In this document: piece after piece, positions 38,601-50,693 of the stretch | Position numbering within the stretch: position 1 is the stretch's first letter | How the letters are laid out: each line of letters starts with the position of its first letter | Assembly (NCBI RefSeq): GCF_006345805.1 | Contig: NC_043008.1 | Span: 79,174,001 to 79,238,000 of the forward strand | Source of the DNA: Octopus sinensis | Taxonomy: Eukaryota | DNA: 64,000 bases | Reading direction: 5' to 3' | Made by a program: the position numbers and the translations under genes | The notes under the pieces: model-generated | Seen by the model: only the letters and a program-made list of their open reading frames with translations | Told to the model about the DNA's origin: nothing | Database searches by the model: none

Positions 38601-39071
38601 ACACACAAGGAAACAGAGTTGCATACATATATAAGCACACACTCACACATACATAAAAAATACACAAACACGGACATCCAAGCACATGAATATGCAGAAT
38701 ACATACATACAGATGCACACACATACATACATATGCATACACACACATGTATGCATACATACACACATACATATGTACATACATGCATGCATAGGCACAC
38801 ACACGCACACACACACACACACACATGCGCACAAACAAACAAAAAGGAACACAGTGTAAATAACGGACAGAGTCAAGACTATTGAAAAGGTTGCAAGATG
38901 CAATGAAAATTTTAGGAAAATAGAAATAAGAAATAAGTGGAAATTTTACCGGTGAGTGTGTTACATTATAAGGCACAAAAAGAAAATGACTCTCCCCAGG
39001 CACAACAGTATATATACACACACACACACACATATATATATACATACACACACACATATACATACGCATAC

Positions 39072-39147
<76 letters not shown>

Positions 39148-39151
<4 letters not shown>

Positions 39152-39318
39152 CAGGAGTGGCTGTGTGGTAAGTAGCTTGCTAAGCAACCACATGGTTCCG
39201 GGTTCAGTCCCACTGCGTGGCATCTTGGGCAAGTGTCTTCTGCTATAGCCCCGGGCCGACCAATGCCTTGTGAGTGGATTTGGTAGACGGAAACTGAAAG
39301 AAGCCTGTCGTATATATG

Positions 39319-39351
<33 letters not shown>

Positions 39352-39540
39352 TTGTCCCCCTAACATTGCTTGACAACCGATGCTGGTGTGTTTACGTCCC
39401 CGTCACTTAGCGGTTCGGCAAAAGAGACCGATAGAATAAGTACTGGGCTTACAAAGAATAAGTCCTGGGGTCGATTTGCTCGACTAAAGGCGGTGCTCCA
39501 GCATGGCCGCAGTCAAATGACTGAAACAAGTAAAAGAGTA
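39148..39540 (+). mobile_element. Full-length tRNA-head SINE with LINE-derived 3' tail
   Basis: Box A-like TGGCTGTGTGG, box B-like GGTTCAGTCCC, internal (TA)/(TG) tract; the last 52 nt match the LINE end at 3939-3990. Confidence 0.88.
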
Positions 39541-39838
39541 TATATATATATATATCTTCTTATGATAAAAGGCAGATTTTCTCTGCCTCCCAAACCGTTC
39601 GTTTTTTATACAGTTCTACAATATAGAATTTCTTCAATTGGAATTTACCTATCATTTTTCCAAGTAGATTCCATTGGGTCGTAGCGTGTAAAGTTTTTTC
39701 AATTTCACCCCCAATTAAGCAAAAATTCGAGAAAACTTAATATTTTACGATTTCCCTCTTTCATTTCAAGTGCTTTACTCCTACCATTACCACTACACTT
39801 TCTCCTCCTTTCTCTTTGCAAGTGTCCAACAATTTAAA

Positions 39839-40159
39839 GACTCCGCCGGTTACGACGACGAGGGTCCCAGCTGATTCGATCAACGGAACAGCTTGCTCGT
39901 GAAATTAACGTGCAAATGGCTGAGCATTCCACAGACACGTGTACCCTTAACGTAGTTCTCGGGGATAATCAGCGTGACACAGAGAGTGACAAGGCTGACC
40001 CTTTGAAATACAAGTACAACTCATTTTTGCCAGCTGAGTGGACTGGAGCAACGTGAAATAAAGTGTCTTGCTCAAGGACACAACGCGTCGCCGGGAATCG
40101 AACTCACAACCTTACGATCATGAGCCGAATGCCCTAACCACTAAGCCACGCGCCCTCAC
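39839..40159 (-). mobile_element. tRNA-head SINE (second family) with ~16-bp TSD
   Basis: Head GTGAGGGCGCGTGGCTTAGTGG...GAGTTCGATTCCC; TSD TGTCCAACAATT(T)AAA at 39823 and 40160. Confidence 0.85.
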
Positions 40160-40852
40160 TGTCCAACAATTAAAGTGAAAGTGTTTATATAAAAGGGATG
40201 AGCAATTAATACTGGTCATCCTTTTTGCTAGAAGATCATCCGCTATGGTCTTATACGCTACACCACTGGTTTTCAATTCATATTAATCAAATTAATATTC
40301 AATTTTTCACCCTTATTATGTGTGTGTGTATTAGCAATTCGTATAAAATTGCATCAATGACTTGAACTTGAATAAGTGGTTTCACATAAATGGGGATACA
40401 TTAAAAAGATTTGTTGTTATTATTACTGTTTGACTATTGTAATCACGTTTGTTGGTTCCTCGTCAGGGAAACGTTGTTGTGTTGCATTTGTTAAATAATT
40501 GTAAACCATAACCCTCCCCCTTTCAGAGAAGGGGCTTTAGTTATTGTTTTAAAATTGAATTGTGTCCCTGTTTGGGTAAATTGACAATATTTTCACCATC
40601 TTTATGGAAGCATTTTTGTTAAAATGTCTTCGATAGAAGAAAGTCCAAAAATGAATTTCGCTGCAGCCGTACACTTCTATACAAGAGGGAGTACAAGATC
40701 CAATTGATCGAAGTTGCAAGAGACGGGCCTACAATTCCAGTCTGTTATATATTTTGAGTATTGTTATCACTAGCGATATCAAGATATAACTTTCTATTTT
40801 GTATTTTATGTGTAGATGTATATATATATATAGATGTACATGTAATATGTAC

Positions 40853-40928
<76 letters not shown>

Positions 40929-40932
<4 letters not shown>

Positions 40933-41099
40933 CAGGAGTGGCTGTGTGGTAAGTAGCTTGCTAAGCAACCACATGGTTCCGGGTTCAGTCCCACTGCGTG
41001 GCATCTTGGGCAAGTGTCTTCTGCTATAGCCCCGGGCCGACCAATGCCTTGTGAGTGGATTTGGTAGACGGAAACTGAAAGAAGCCTGTCGTATATATG

Positions 41100-41132
<33 letters not shown>

Positions 41133-41321
41133 TTGTCCCCCTAACATTGCTTGACAACCGATGCTGGTGTGTTTACGTCCCCGTCACTTAGCGGTTCGGC
41201 AAAAGAGACCGATAGAATAAGTACTGGGCTTACAAAGAATAAGTCCTGGGGTCGATTTGCTCGACTAAAGGCGGTGCTCCAGCATGGCCGCAGTCAAATG
41301 ACTGAAACAAGTAAAAGAGTA
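40929..41321 (+). mobile_element. Duplicate of the 39148 SINE
   Basis: Essentially identical sequence. Confidence 0.88.
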
Positions 41322-41617
41322 TATATATATATATCTTCTTATGATAAAAGGCAGATTTTCTCTGCCTCCCAAACCGTTCGTTTTTTATACAGTTCTACAA
41401 TATAGAATTTCTTCAATTGGAATTTACCTATCATTTTTCCAAGTAGATTCCATTGGGTCGTAGCGTGTAAAGTTTTTTCAATTTCACCCCCAATTAAGCA
41501 AAAATTCGAGAAAACTTAATATTTTACGATTTCCCTCTTTCATTTCAAGTGCTTTACTCCTACCATTACCACTACACTTTCTCCTCCTTTCTCTTTGCAA
41601 GTGTCCAACAATTTAAA

Positions 41618-41939
41618 GACTCCGCCGGTTACGACAACGAGGCTCCCAGCTGATTCGATCAACGGAACAGCTTGCTCGGGAAATTAACGTGCAAGTGGTT
41701 GAGTACTCCACAGACACGTGTACCCTTAACGTAGTTCTCGGGGATAATCAGCGTGACACAGAGAGTGACAAGGCTGACCCTTTGAAATACAAGTACAACT
41801 CATTTTTGCCAGCTGAGTGGACTGGAGCAGCGTGAAAATAAAGTGTCCTGCTGAAGGACACGACGCGCCAGCAGGAATCGAACTCACAACCTTACGATCA
41901 TGAGCCGAATGCCCTAACCACTAAGCCACGCGCCCTCAC
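41618..41939 (-). mobile_element. Duplicate of the 39839 SINE (diverged)
   Basis: Same TSD and flanks; about 16 differences from copy A. Confidence 0.85.
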
Positions 41940-42729
41940 TGTCCAACAATTAAAGTGAAAGTGTTTATATAAAAGGGATGAGCAATTAATACTGGTCATC
42001 CTTTTTGCTAGAAGATCATCCGCTATGGTCTTATACGCTACACCACTGGTTTTCAATTCATATTAATCAAATTAATATTCAATTTTTCACCCTTATTATG
42101 TGTGTGTGTATTAGCAATTCGTATAAAATTGCATCAATGACTTGAACTTGAATAAGTGGTTTCACATAAATGGGGATACATTAAAAAGATTTGTTGTTAT
42201 TATTACTGTTTGACTATTGTAATCACGTTTGTTGGTTCCTCGTCAGGGAAACGTTGTTGTGTTGCATTTGTTAAATAATTGTAAACCATAACCCTCCCCC
42301 TTCAGAGAAGGGGCTTTAGTTATTGTTTTAAAATTGAATTGTGTCCCTGTTTGGGTAAATTGACAATATTTTCACCATCTTTATGGAAGCATTTTTGTTA
42401 AAATGTCTTCGATAGAAGAAAGTCCAAAAATGAATTTCGCTGCAGCCGTACACTTCTATACAAGAGGGAGTACAAGATCCAATTGATCGAAGTTGCAAGA
42501 GACGGGCCTACAATTCCAGTCTGTTATATATTTTGAGTATTGTTATCACTAGCGATATCAAGATATAACTTTCTATTTTGTATTTTATGTGTAGATGTAT
42601 ATATATATATAGATGTACATGTAATATGTACACATATATATATATATATATACACATATATACAGGCATAATATATCTACCCATACACACACATACACAC
42701 ATAGGGGCAGGTGTGGCTGTGTGGTAACA

Positions 42730-43950
42730 AACTACGTTCGAAGATACTGTACTTGATATGGGCGGTAGTGCCTTGCCGCTCTATGGCCTACCTTCAACAA
42801 ACCGGGAAGGCACAAACACTCTGTCTTCACATTTGCTGCGTGAGACATGTTTTTAATATTGACGAGCTTGCCGAGTACATAGCCGACAATGAGCCAAAGC
42901 TCCTTCCAGAACAGAAGTTCGCTTACAACTCCGTTGTTAATTCAGTCCGGGCCAAAGCTGTGGAGATATTTTTCCTGGATGCTCCTGGGGGCACTGGGAA
43001 AACTTTTCTCAACAAATTAATATTGGCTGAGATTAGGCGAACACAATGCCCTAGCTGTGGCATCATCTGGAATTGCGGCTACTTTGTTGCCAGGCAGCAG
43101 GACAGTTCACTCCACTTTCAAGCTTCCGCTTGACTTAGCGAAGACTGAAACACCAACTTGCAACATCAGTAACAGCTCCGATCAGGCAGAAGTCTTCAGA
43201 CGATGCAAGCTTATCGTTTGGGATGAATGCACGATGGCCCACAGAGGTGCTCTTGAGGCACTAGATAGATCTCTCAGAGACATCAAACACTCTTCAGCTC
43301 CGATGGGAGGCATAACACTTCTTCTTTCAGGGGACTTCCGACAAACACTTCCCGTTATTCCCAAAGGGACTAGAACTGATGCAGTAAGTGCGTGTCTTAA
43401 GTCATCCACATTGTGGCCACTGGTGAAGAATCTCAAACTTCACACCAATATGCGTGCTCATATGCGACGTAATATCACATCAGCAGCATTTTCTCACACC
43501 CTCCTTGCACTTGGCGAAGGCAAAATACCAGAGGATGAAAATGGTAATATTGCATTCGATTCCATTTGTACCATTGTTAAAACGCCTTCTGATCTCAGAG
43601 ATGCAGTGTTCCCAGATCTACAAGCTAATTATCAGAATATGGATTGGATTGGCCAAAGGGCTATTCTGGCCCCGAGGAATAAAACTGTTCACCATATTAA
43701 TGATGAAATGCTAAAACTCATTCCTGGGGATGTCTATGTATATAAGTCTATCGATACAACTCCTGACCCAGAGGACGTCATCAACTATCCAATAGAGGTA
43801 CTCAATTCCTTTCAGCCCCCTGGACTACCACCACACATTCTCAAACTTAAAGTTGGTGCCCCTATAATGCTCATTAGAAATTTGGTTCCCCCAAAACAAT
43901 GCAATGGCACACGTTTGATCGTTAAGTCCTTATCTCCCACCGTAAACTTA
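42730..43950 (+). pseudogene. Helitron RepHel Pif1-family helicase domain, frameshifted and truncated
   Basis: FLDAPGGTGKTF, ASSGIAATLL, IVWDECTM, GDFRQTLPV, TNMR, AILAP, LKLKVGAPIMLIRNL, CNGTRL. Confidence 0.92.
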
Positions 43951-44499
43951 TATCAATACTTGCCTGAATAGTCATCATAATTCAGTGCAATCATTAACAG
44001 TACTTTCAAGCAATTCAGCCCCGAGCATCGCCGGGGCAATTCTGCTAGTATATATATACATACTGATTTTTAATTACCCACAAGGGGCTAACATAGACAG
44101 GACAAACACATGCAGGGACAATTAACATATGAAAGAATGGAAAAATGAAATTTTACAAATAAAGGTGAAACGGCCACCCCGGCCCCACTCCAGGATGGTT
44201 TCATTATTTCAATTATTTCAAAAGAGTCTTTAACATTCCTTTAAAATTAATCTCCACTTACCACTTTATGTTACTTTTAATGTCCTCATAGTTCACCACT
44301 GAAGCACTGGTTTGTCTGTTCTGTTTTGTTTTTGTGACTGTGTTGTCCTGTGTCTATCTGTCTATGCTTCTGTGTGTCTGTATGTCTGTGTGCTTATGTG
44401 TCTGTAAGTCTGTATGTTTGCTTGGTGATGTTATTCTACATGTATCATTTTTCCTTGGTGATCCTACAGGTGTACTGCTTCTACATATATATATATACA

Positions 44500-44675
44500 T
44501 ATACATATACATATGTGTATTTTCTCTCTTTGTTTCTCTCCTTGTTTCTTTCTGTGGAAGAGTGTAGGCTCACAACATTAAAGACTTTTTCACTTCCTGA
44601 GCGTTATACTAATACATCCGTTTGTTGTCAACACCACCTGTCTTCGTCTTTTGTTTTTTTGTGAATTCTCCGCTA
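44500..44675 (+). mobile_element. Degenerate solo Penelope pseudo-LTR end with decayed hammerhead (44547-44584)
   Basis: TCTTT-CTGTGGA-A-GAGTGTAGGCTC-ACAACAT-T-AAAGA, homologous to 63793-63830. Confidence 0.7.
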
Positions 44676-44699
44676 TATATACATATACATATACATACG

Positions 44700-47600
44700 T
44701 GACGCTACTTTCCCTCGTCCCAGGGTCTCAAGGGCCCATACTTCTCACACCCTCAGGGTTGGTACTTTCGATGTTGGCACACTGATAGGTAGGTCTGGTG
44801 AGATTGTTGAGATGCTTGAACAGAGATATGTTGATATGTGCTACATCCAAGAAGTAAGGTGGAGAGGAGCTCTGCTAGGTTCCTCACAGGCAAAGAACAC
44901 AGGTACAAGATTTTCTGGGCAGGGAACACTGACATGGTCGGGGGCGTAGATATACTTCTTGTGGAGAAATGGGTAGATAAGGTAATTTAGGTAGTCAGAG
45001 TATGTGACAGAATACTTAAGATTAGAGTAGTGCTTCATCATGGGTTAGCAACCTCAGCTGGGGCTATCCAATTGACAGAAAGATCAATTCTATGACACCC
45101 TCTTGCAGACTACTGCATTGACGAATGACAGGGACCTTCTCTTTGTGGCTGGTGACTTCAATGGACATGTCGGACAACATGCCGGGGACTTCCATTTTCG
45201 TACATGGAGGCTATGGTTTTGGCTCCCGCAATAAGGAGGGAACCAGGCTGCTGGAGTTCTGCGATGCGAATGATCTTATGGTTTGCAGTACTAACTTCAG
45301 AAAACCTGCCAGTCACCTAGTCACCTATTGTTCTAGCAGACACACTAGCCAAATTGACTACATCCTCACCAGAAAAAGGGAAAGATGGCTGCTTATAAAT
45401 GCCAAAACCTTCCCAGGTGAAGAATGTACCTCACAACATAGACTTGTAGTTAGTGACTTCAGGATCAGGGCTAAGTGGATGCCCAGAAGACGACCAGCAT
45501 GGCGAAGAAGGGTCTGGAAGCTTAAAGATCCTGCCAATGGACAGAGATTTAGAGACATAATACTTGAAGCCTTTGACAAAATAGCAGGGGATATAGCTTC
45601 ACACAATGTAGATGACAACTGGTGGTTTCTACAGGACAATCTGCTGAGGGCCACTGTGGATGGTGCAAAGTCCCCTCTCGACCCAAAATAACGTTGTGGT
45701 GGAACAATGTTGTTGACAAGGCTATTAGAGAAAAGAAACAGGCTTAGAAGGACTGGAAGGATGGTGGTAGCAAGGAATTGTATCAGACTGCCAGAAGGGA
45801 AGCAGATAAGAAAAAGTTTGCCAATGTTCCGTGCCGTGAGGACCAAAGACTTGAGGTATTTCATGTTGCAAGACAGTGTGTGAGAGACAAATGTGTCCGC
45901 ATGGATGATAGTTCACTTACACTAAATGAGGCTGCAAAGAGAGAGGTTTGGATATGCCACTATGAAAGGTTGCTCAATAAAGAAAATGAATGGGAGAAAG
46001 AGAGTCTGCCGAACAGAGGGGCCTGCTATCCGAGTTGACAGTAACTTGGTAGATAAAGCAATTAAGAGTATGAAGACAGGGAAAGCCCCCAGCCCATCAG
46101 GAATCACTGCAGAGATGCTCAAAATATCAGGCAGTGTCAGCCATAGCCTAGTCACCCATATAGTTAACCAGGTGATACATGAAGGAGTCATACCCAATGA
46201 CTGGTGTAGCTGCACTATAGTCAACTGCTACAAAGGTAAAGATGACGCTTTAGATACAAATAATTACAGAAGTATCAAGTTGTTGGATCATGTAATGAAG
46301 GTCACGGAGAGGATCATAGCCCAACTAATTGGGGAGACAGTCAGTTTAGATGAGATGCAGTTTGGGTTCATGCCAGGAAAAAGCACCACTGATGCTATAT
46401 TTCTGGTAAGACAGCTGCAGGAGAAATACCTGGCCAAAGATAAACCTCTGTACCTGGCCTTTGTTGACTTAGAGAAAGCCTTTGACAGGGTCCCCCGATC
46501 CCTTATCTGGTGGTCAATGAGAAAACTAGGGATAGATGAATGGTTAGTGAGAGCTGTGCAAGCCATGTACAGGGACGCTGTCAGTAAGACAACGAGTAAG
46601 TGAAAAATTCCAAGTGGAGGTAGGGGTCCACCAAGGTTCAGTCCTCAGCCCCCTCCTATTTATCATAGTCTTCCAGGCAATAACAGAGGAATTCAAGACA
46701 GGATGCCCCTGCAAGCTCCTCTATGCTGATGACCTTGCGCTAATTGCTGAGTCACTATCAGAACTAGAGGGGACATTTTCAATGGTTAGCTCATATAATT
46801 TCGTTAAGTTGATTACTCGTTTCTCGTCCTATTTATAGAGTTTCTACCTACGCCTTTTCTACAGATCAAGCGCTGAAAGTGTAGCTGCTAAAATGAGAAT
46901 AGCCTGGGCAAAGTTCAGAGAGCTCTTACTTCTGCTGGTGACAAAAGGCCTCTCGCTCAGAGTAAAAGGTAGACTGTATGACACGTGTGTGAACAGCCAT
47001 GCTACATGGCAGTGAAACATGGGCTGTGACTGCAGAGGACATGCATAAGGTCGCAAGAAATGAAGCCAGTATGATCCGATGGATGTGTAATGTCAGTGTG
47101 CATACTTGACAGAATGTAAGTACCTTGAGAGAAAAGTTGAACCTAAGAAGCATCATATGTAGTGTACAAGAGAGACGACTGTGCTGGTATGGTTATGTGG
47201 CGGGAATGGATGAAGATAGCTGTGTGAAAAAGTGTCACACCCTAGTGGTTGAGGGAACCTGTGGAAAAGGTAGACACAGGAAGACCTGAAAGTGGTGAAG
47301 CATGACCTTTGAACATTAGGTCTCACTGAGGCAATGACTAGTGACTGAGACTTTTGGAAATATGCTGTGCTTGAGATGACCCGGCAAGCCAAATGAGACT
47401 ATAACCTTGTGGCCTATGCCAGGGGTGTAACCGGCCCACTTATGCAGACCTTCCCTTCATTGGACACTGCTTGCGAATACCTGTTGAGGCAAGTGAAATC
47501 GAAATCAAATTCGATGACTGGCATCCATGCTAGTGGAGCACTAAGAGCTCCATCCAAGCGTGATCATTGCCAGAGCAGCTAACTGGCGTCTGTGCCAGTG

Positions 47601-47927
47601 GCATGTAAAAAGCACCATTTGAGCGTGATCGTTACCAGCGTCACCTTGCTAGCACTTGTGCCAGTGTGCAGGTGGCGCGTAAAAAAAAAACACCATTTGG
47701 GCGTGGTCATTGCCAGTATCACCTGACTTGTCCTCATGCCGGTGGCACGTAAAAGAACCCACTACACTCTCGGAGTGGTTGGCGTTAGGAAGGGCATTCA
47801 GCTGTAGAAACTCTGCCAGATCAAGATTGGAGCCTGGTGCAGCCATCTGATTCGCCAGTCTTCAGCCAAATCATCCAACCCATGCTAGCATGGAAAGTGG
47901 ATGTTAAACGATGATGATGATGATGAT
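44700..47927 (+). mobile_element. RTE LINE, near full-length, disrupted, with internal deletion/inversion near 46770-46870
   Basis: LRVGTFDVGTL, GDFNGHVG, MQFGFMPG, LYADDL, 3' UTR array and (GAT)n tail. Confidence 0.88.
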
Positions 47928-47945
47928 ACATATATATATATATAT

Positions 47946-49940
47946 ACCCTACTAGTATCCTATATATATATATATATATATACCCTACTAGTATCCTTCG
48001 ATGTAGTCAACCTCTATTCCAATATCCCCCACAACCTAGGAATAGAGGCAATTCAGTTCTGGCTAGAGAATCACGCCAATGAACTCCCACATCGCATCAA
48101 AAAAGAATTTGTGATAGAAGGGCTAAAATTCATCCTGGAAAATAACTACTTCGCCTTCAAAGACAACTTCTACTCACAAAAATCGGAGACTGCGATGGGT
48201 ACACGAATGGCCCCCTCCTTTACTAACCTAGTCCTGGGATATCTAGAAATCAGTCTGTATCGTAAGGTTCAAGAAAGATATGGCTGCCCTTTCTCCCTCT
48301 ACATAGAAAAGAACTGGAAGAGATACCTAGATGACTGTTTCATCCTTTGGCATGAAAATATACAGAAACTCAAAGAATTCCTAGCAATTTTAATTGGACT
48401 GGACATAAACATCCAATTCACAATGGAATATAGCCAGCAACAACTCCCCTTCCTCAACATCCTCATTAAGAAATCTAATAACGTAATAGAAACAGATATA
48501 TACTATAAGCCTACGGATTCTAAGCAATATCTTCCTTTCAATTCATGCCACCCCAGACATACCAGAATGAATATCTCCTTCAATCTAGCAAAAAGGATAT
48601 GTACTATAGTTTCTAATGCAAACACCAGAGACACATGACTACATGAACTAAAAGATACCCTCATCACCAGGAACTACCCACCTTCACTAACTGACATATG
48701 CATTCAACATCCAGGAACTCAGTCATTAAAGAAAAATTTACAACCAAAAGCCTTACCATACATCTCCACACACAACCCTCTCAACAATGAAGCCTTCGAC
48801 ACCATCCTCCACAACATACCCCTGCTACAAAATGACCACAGAATGAACTTAATCCTCCAAACACACACGATCATAAAAAGCAAGAGACAGCCCAAATCTA
48901 TGAAAAGTCTCCTTACACAAGCCCGAATACGCTCATCAACACAGAAGCCGACAGTAAAAAAATGTGGATGATCCAATTGCGGGATATGTGATTATCTAAT
49001 TGAGGGATCAGAGTTCTCCTTCAAACAGGGACGACGGTTCACAGTGAAAAGCAACTTCACATGGGCTTCGGAGAACCTGATATACACACTAACCTGTTCC
49101 AGGTGTCAAGAACAATACAATAGTTTACGTAAAACAAAAAATAGTTTACATAAAAGAATGGCCCTGCACAGATCCCAGATAAAAATTCCCCAAAACAGTA
49201 AAATAGCATTCAGCCAACACATAGATATTTGCACCAACAACAAAACTCCGAACTTCAGGATTTTCCCCCTCTACCAATTCAGGGACAATATAACCTCGAG
49301 CCAATGAATAAGTAAAGAAACTCTCTTTATTACAAAATACAGGCCCCTTCTGAACACATCTAAGACAAACAACAAACGATATATCCACCTCAGCTTTAGA
49401 ATAACACAGATACACATGCAAATATTACATTCCTAAGAATCCATTAAAAATCAACACCAATCACAGCTATATTCTCCCTTCTTCTTCTTCATCATCATCA
49501 TTATCGTCATCATCATCTTCATCTTCTTCTTCTCCCCCCTCTTCTTCCCAGTTTTATCACTAATGCTTTTTAGTATAACACCTAGCAAATTCTATAAACA
49601 AACCTTTCAATAGAAATATTTTCATGAATTGAACAGCAGGAAATGCTAGCAACCACTAACCAACAACAATCAAGGCAATCCAAATTCTTCCTCCCTTTCT
49701 CCCCCTCCTCCTCCTCATTCTTCTTATTCCCTACCAAGAATTCACAAGAGTAAACAAGAGAGACAGAGATAGGCAGAAACAAGGAAAATGCCACTTATAT
49801 TTGAACACTATACAAATATTCTTTTAAAAACACTTTTTTAATTATTCTAAATTTAATTTTTTAATTGTTACAGTTGAAAAGGTCTCAAATAACCGAAACC
49901 AGTACTGAAATGTTCTTTATAAAATTATTTTAGCATTTTC
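47946..49940 (+). mobile_element. Penelope-like element (Neptune-type), 5'-truncated, decayed
   Basis: SFDVVNLYSNIP, TAMGTRMAPS, WKRYLDDCF, SCHP, C..C linker, NLIYTLTCSRC; CGA>TGA stops; 3' pseudo-LTR to (TA)n. Confidence 0.88.
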
Positions 49941-49965
49941 TATCTTGGACTTGTTTTTTCATATA

Positions 49966-50001
<36 letters not shown>

Positions 50002-50047
50002 CATATATATATCTATGCATATATATATATATATATCTACATATATA

Positions 50048-50084
<37 letters not shown>

Positions 50085-50412
50085 ACATATATATGTGCAT
50101 ATATATATACATATATATGTATACATATATATGTGCATATATATATACATATATATGTGCATATATATATATGCATATATATATACATACATATATATAT
50201 ATATATAAAAATATGTATATACATATATATATATATATTATATATATATATATGAATAAATAAATAAATAGAGTTCAACGAAGATGTTAATAAGATTCCT
50301 TTACTTTCAATATATGTTTCGAAGACAACATGGTTTTATTTCAAAAGAATAAACGGTGTAAGATGCAATCTTCTCACCAGGAAATGTCTTGTTGTTGAGA
50401 GAGGCTCTCTTT

Positions 50413-50494
50413 CTTTCCTGATGAGAAGATTGCCTCTTACACTGTTTATTTCTTTGGAATAAAACTACGTTGTCTTTGAAACATATGTTGAAAG
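50413..50494 (+). ncRNA. Type I hammerhead ribozyme motif with long stem II insert and palindromic stem III
   Basis: CUUUC-CUGAUGA-GAAGA(43 nt)UCUUU-GAA-ACAUAUGU-U-GAAAG; intact core, perfect 5-bp stem I, self-complementary ACAUAUGU. Confidence 0.68.
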
Positions 50495-50693
50495 TAAAGG
50501 AAATTTTATTAACATCTTCATTCAACTCCATTTATTTATTTATTCATCTATAACACACAAATTACTGCACATTAACCCGGAGTTTCTACCTTTGGATAGG
50601 TCGCTTCAACCGAGTTTCTGACGTGAATTTGCTACTCTGGTAATGGTTCATTGAATTTTCCATGTTAACAGTAAACATAGGATAATTCATTCA

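Larger units (their letters stand above)
39060..42650. repeat. ~1.78-kb tandem duplication (copy A ~39060-40860, copy B ~40840-42650)
   Basis: Offset 1781 bp at the SINE head (39148 vs 40929); breakpoints fall in (TA)n. Confidence 0.92.
39555..44048 (+). mobile_element. Helitron (internally deleted, with nested SINEs and duplication)
   Basis: A|TC 5' start (TCTTCTTATGATAAAAGGCAG; repeated at ~41334), Pif1-like helicase remnant, 3' hairpin GCCCCG-N8-CGGGGC (44018-44037) then CTAG|T at 44045-44048. The 5' assignment is less certain than the 3'. Confidence 0.7.

Noticed and set aside
39148-39215. tRNA gene (also at 40090-40159)
   Set aside because: Box A/B present but no complete cloverleaf; continues into a SINE body.
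43057-43971. Host PIF1 helicase gene
   Set aside because: Frameshifted, intronless, truncated and followed by a Helitron hairpin + CTAG end.
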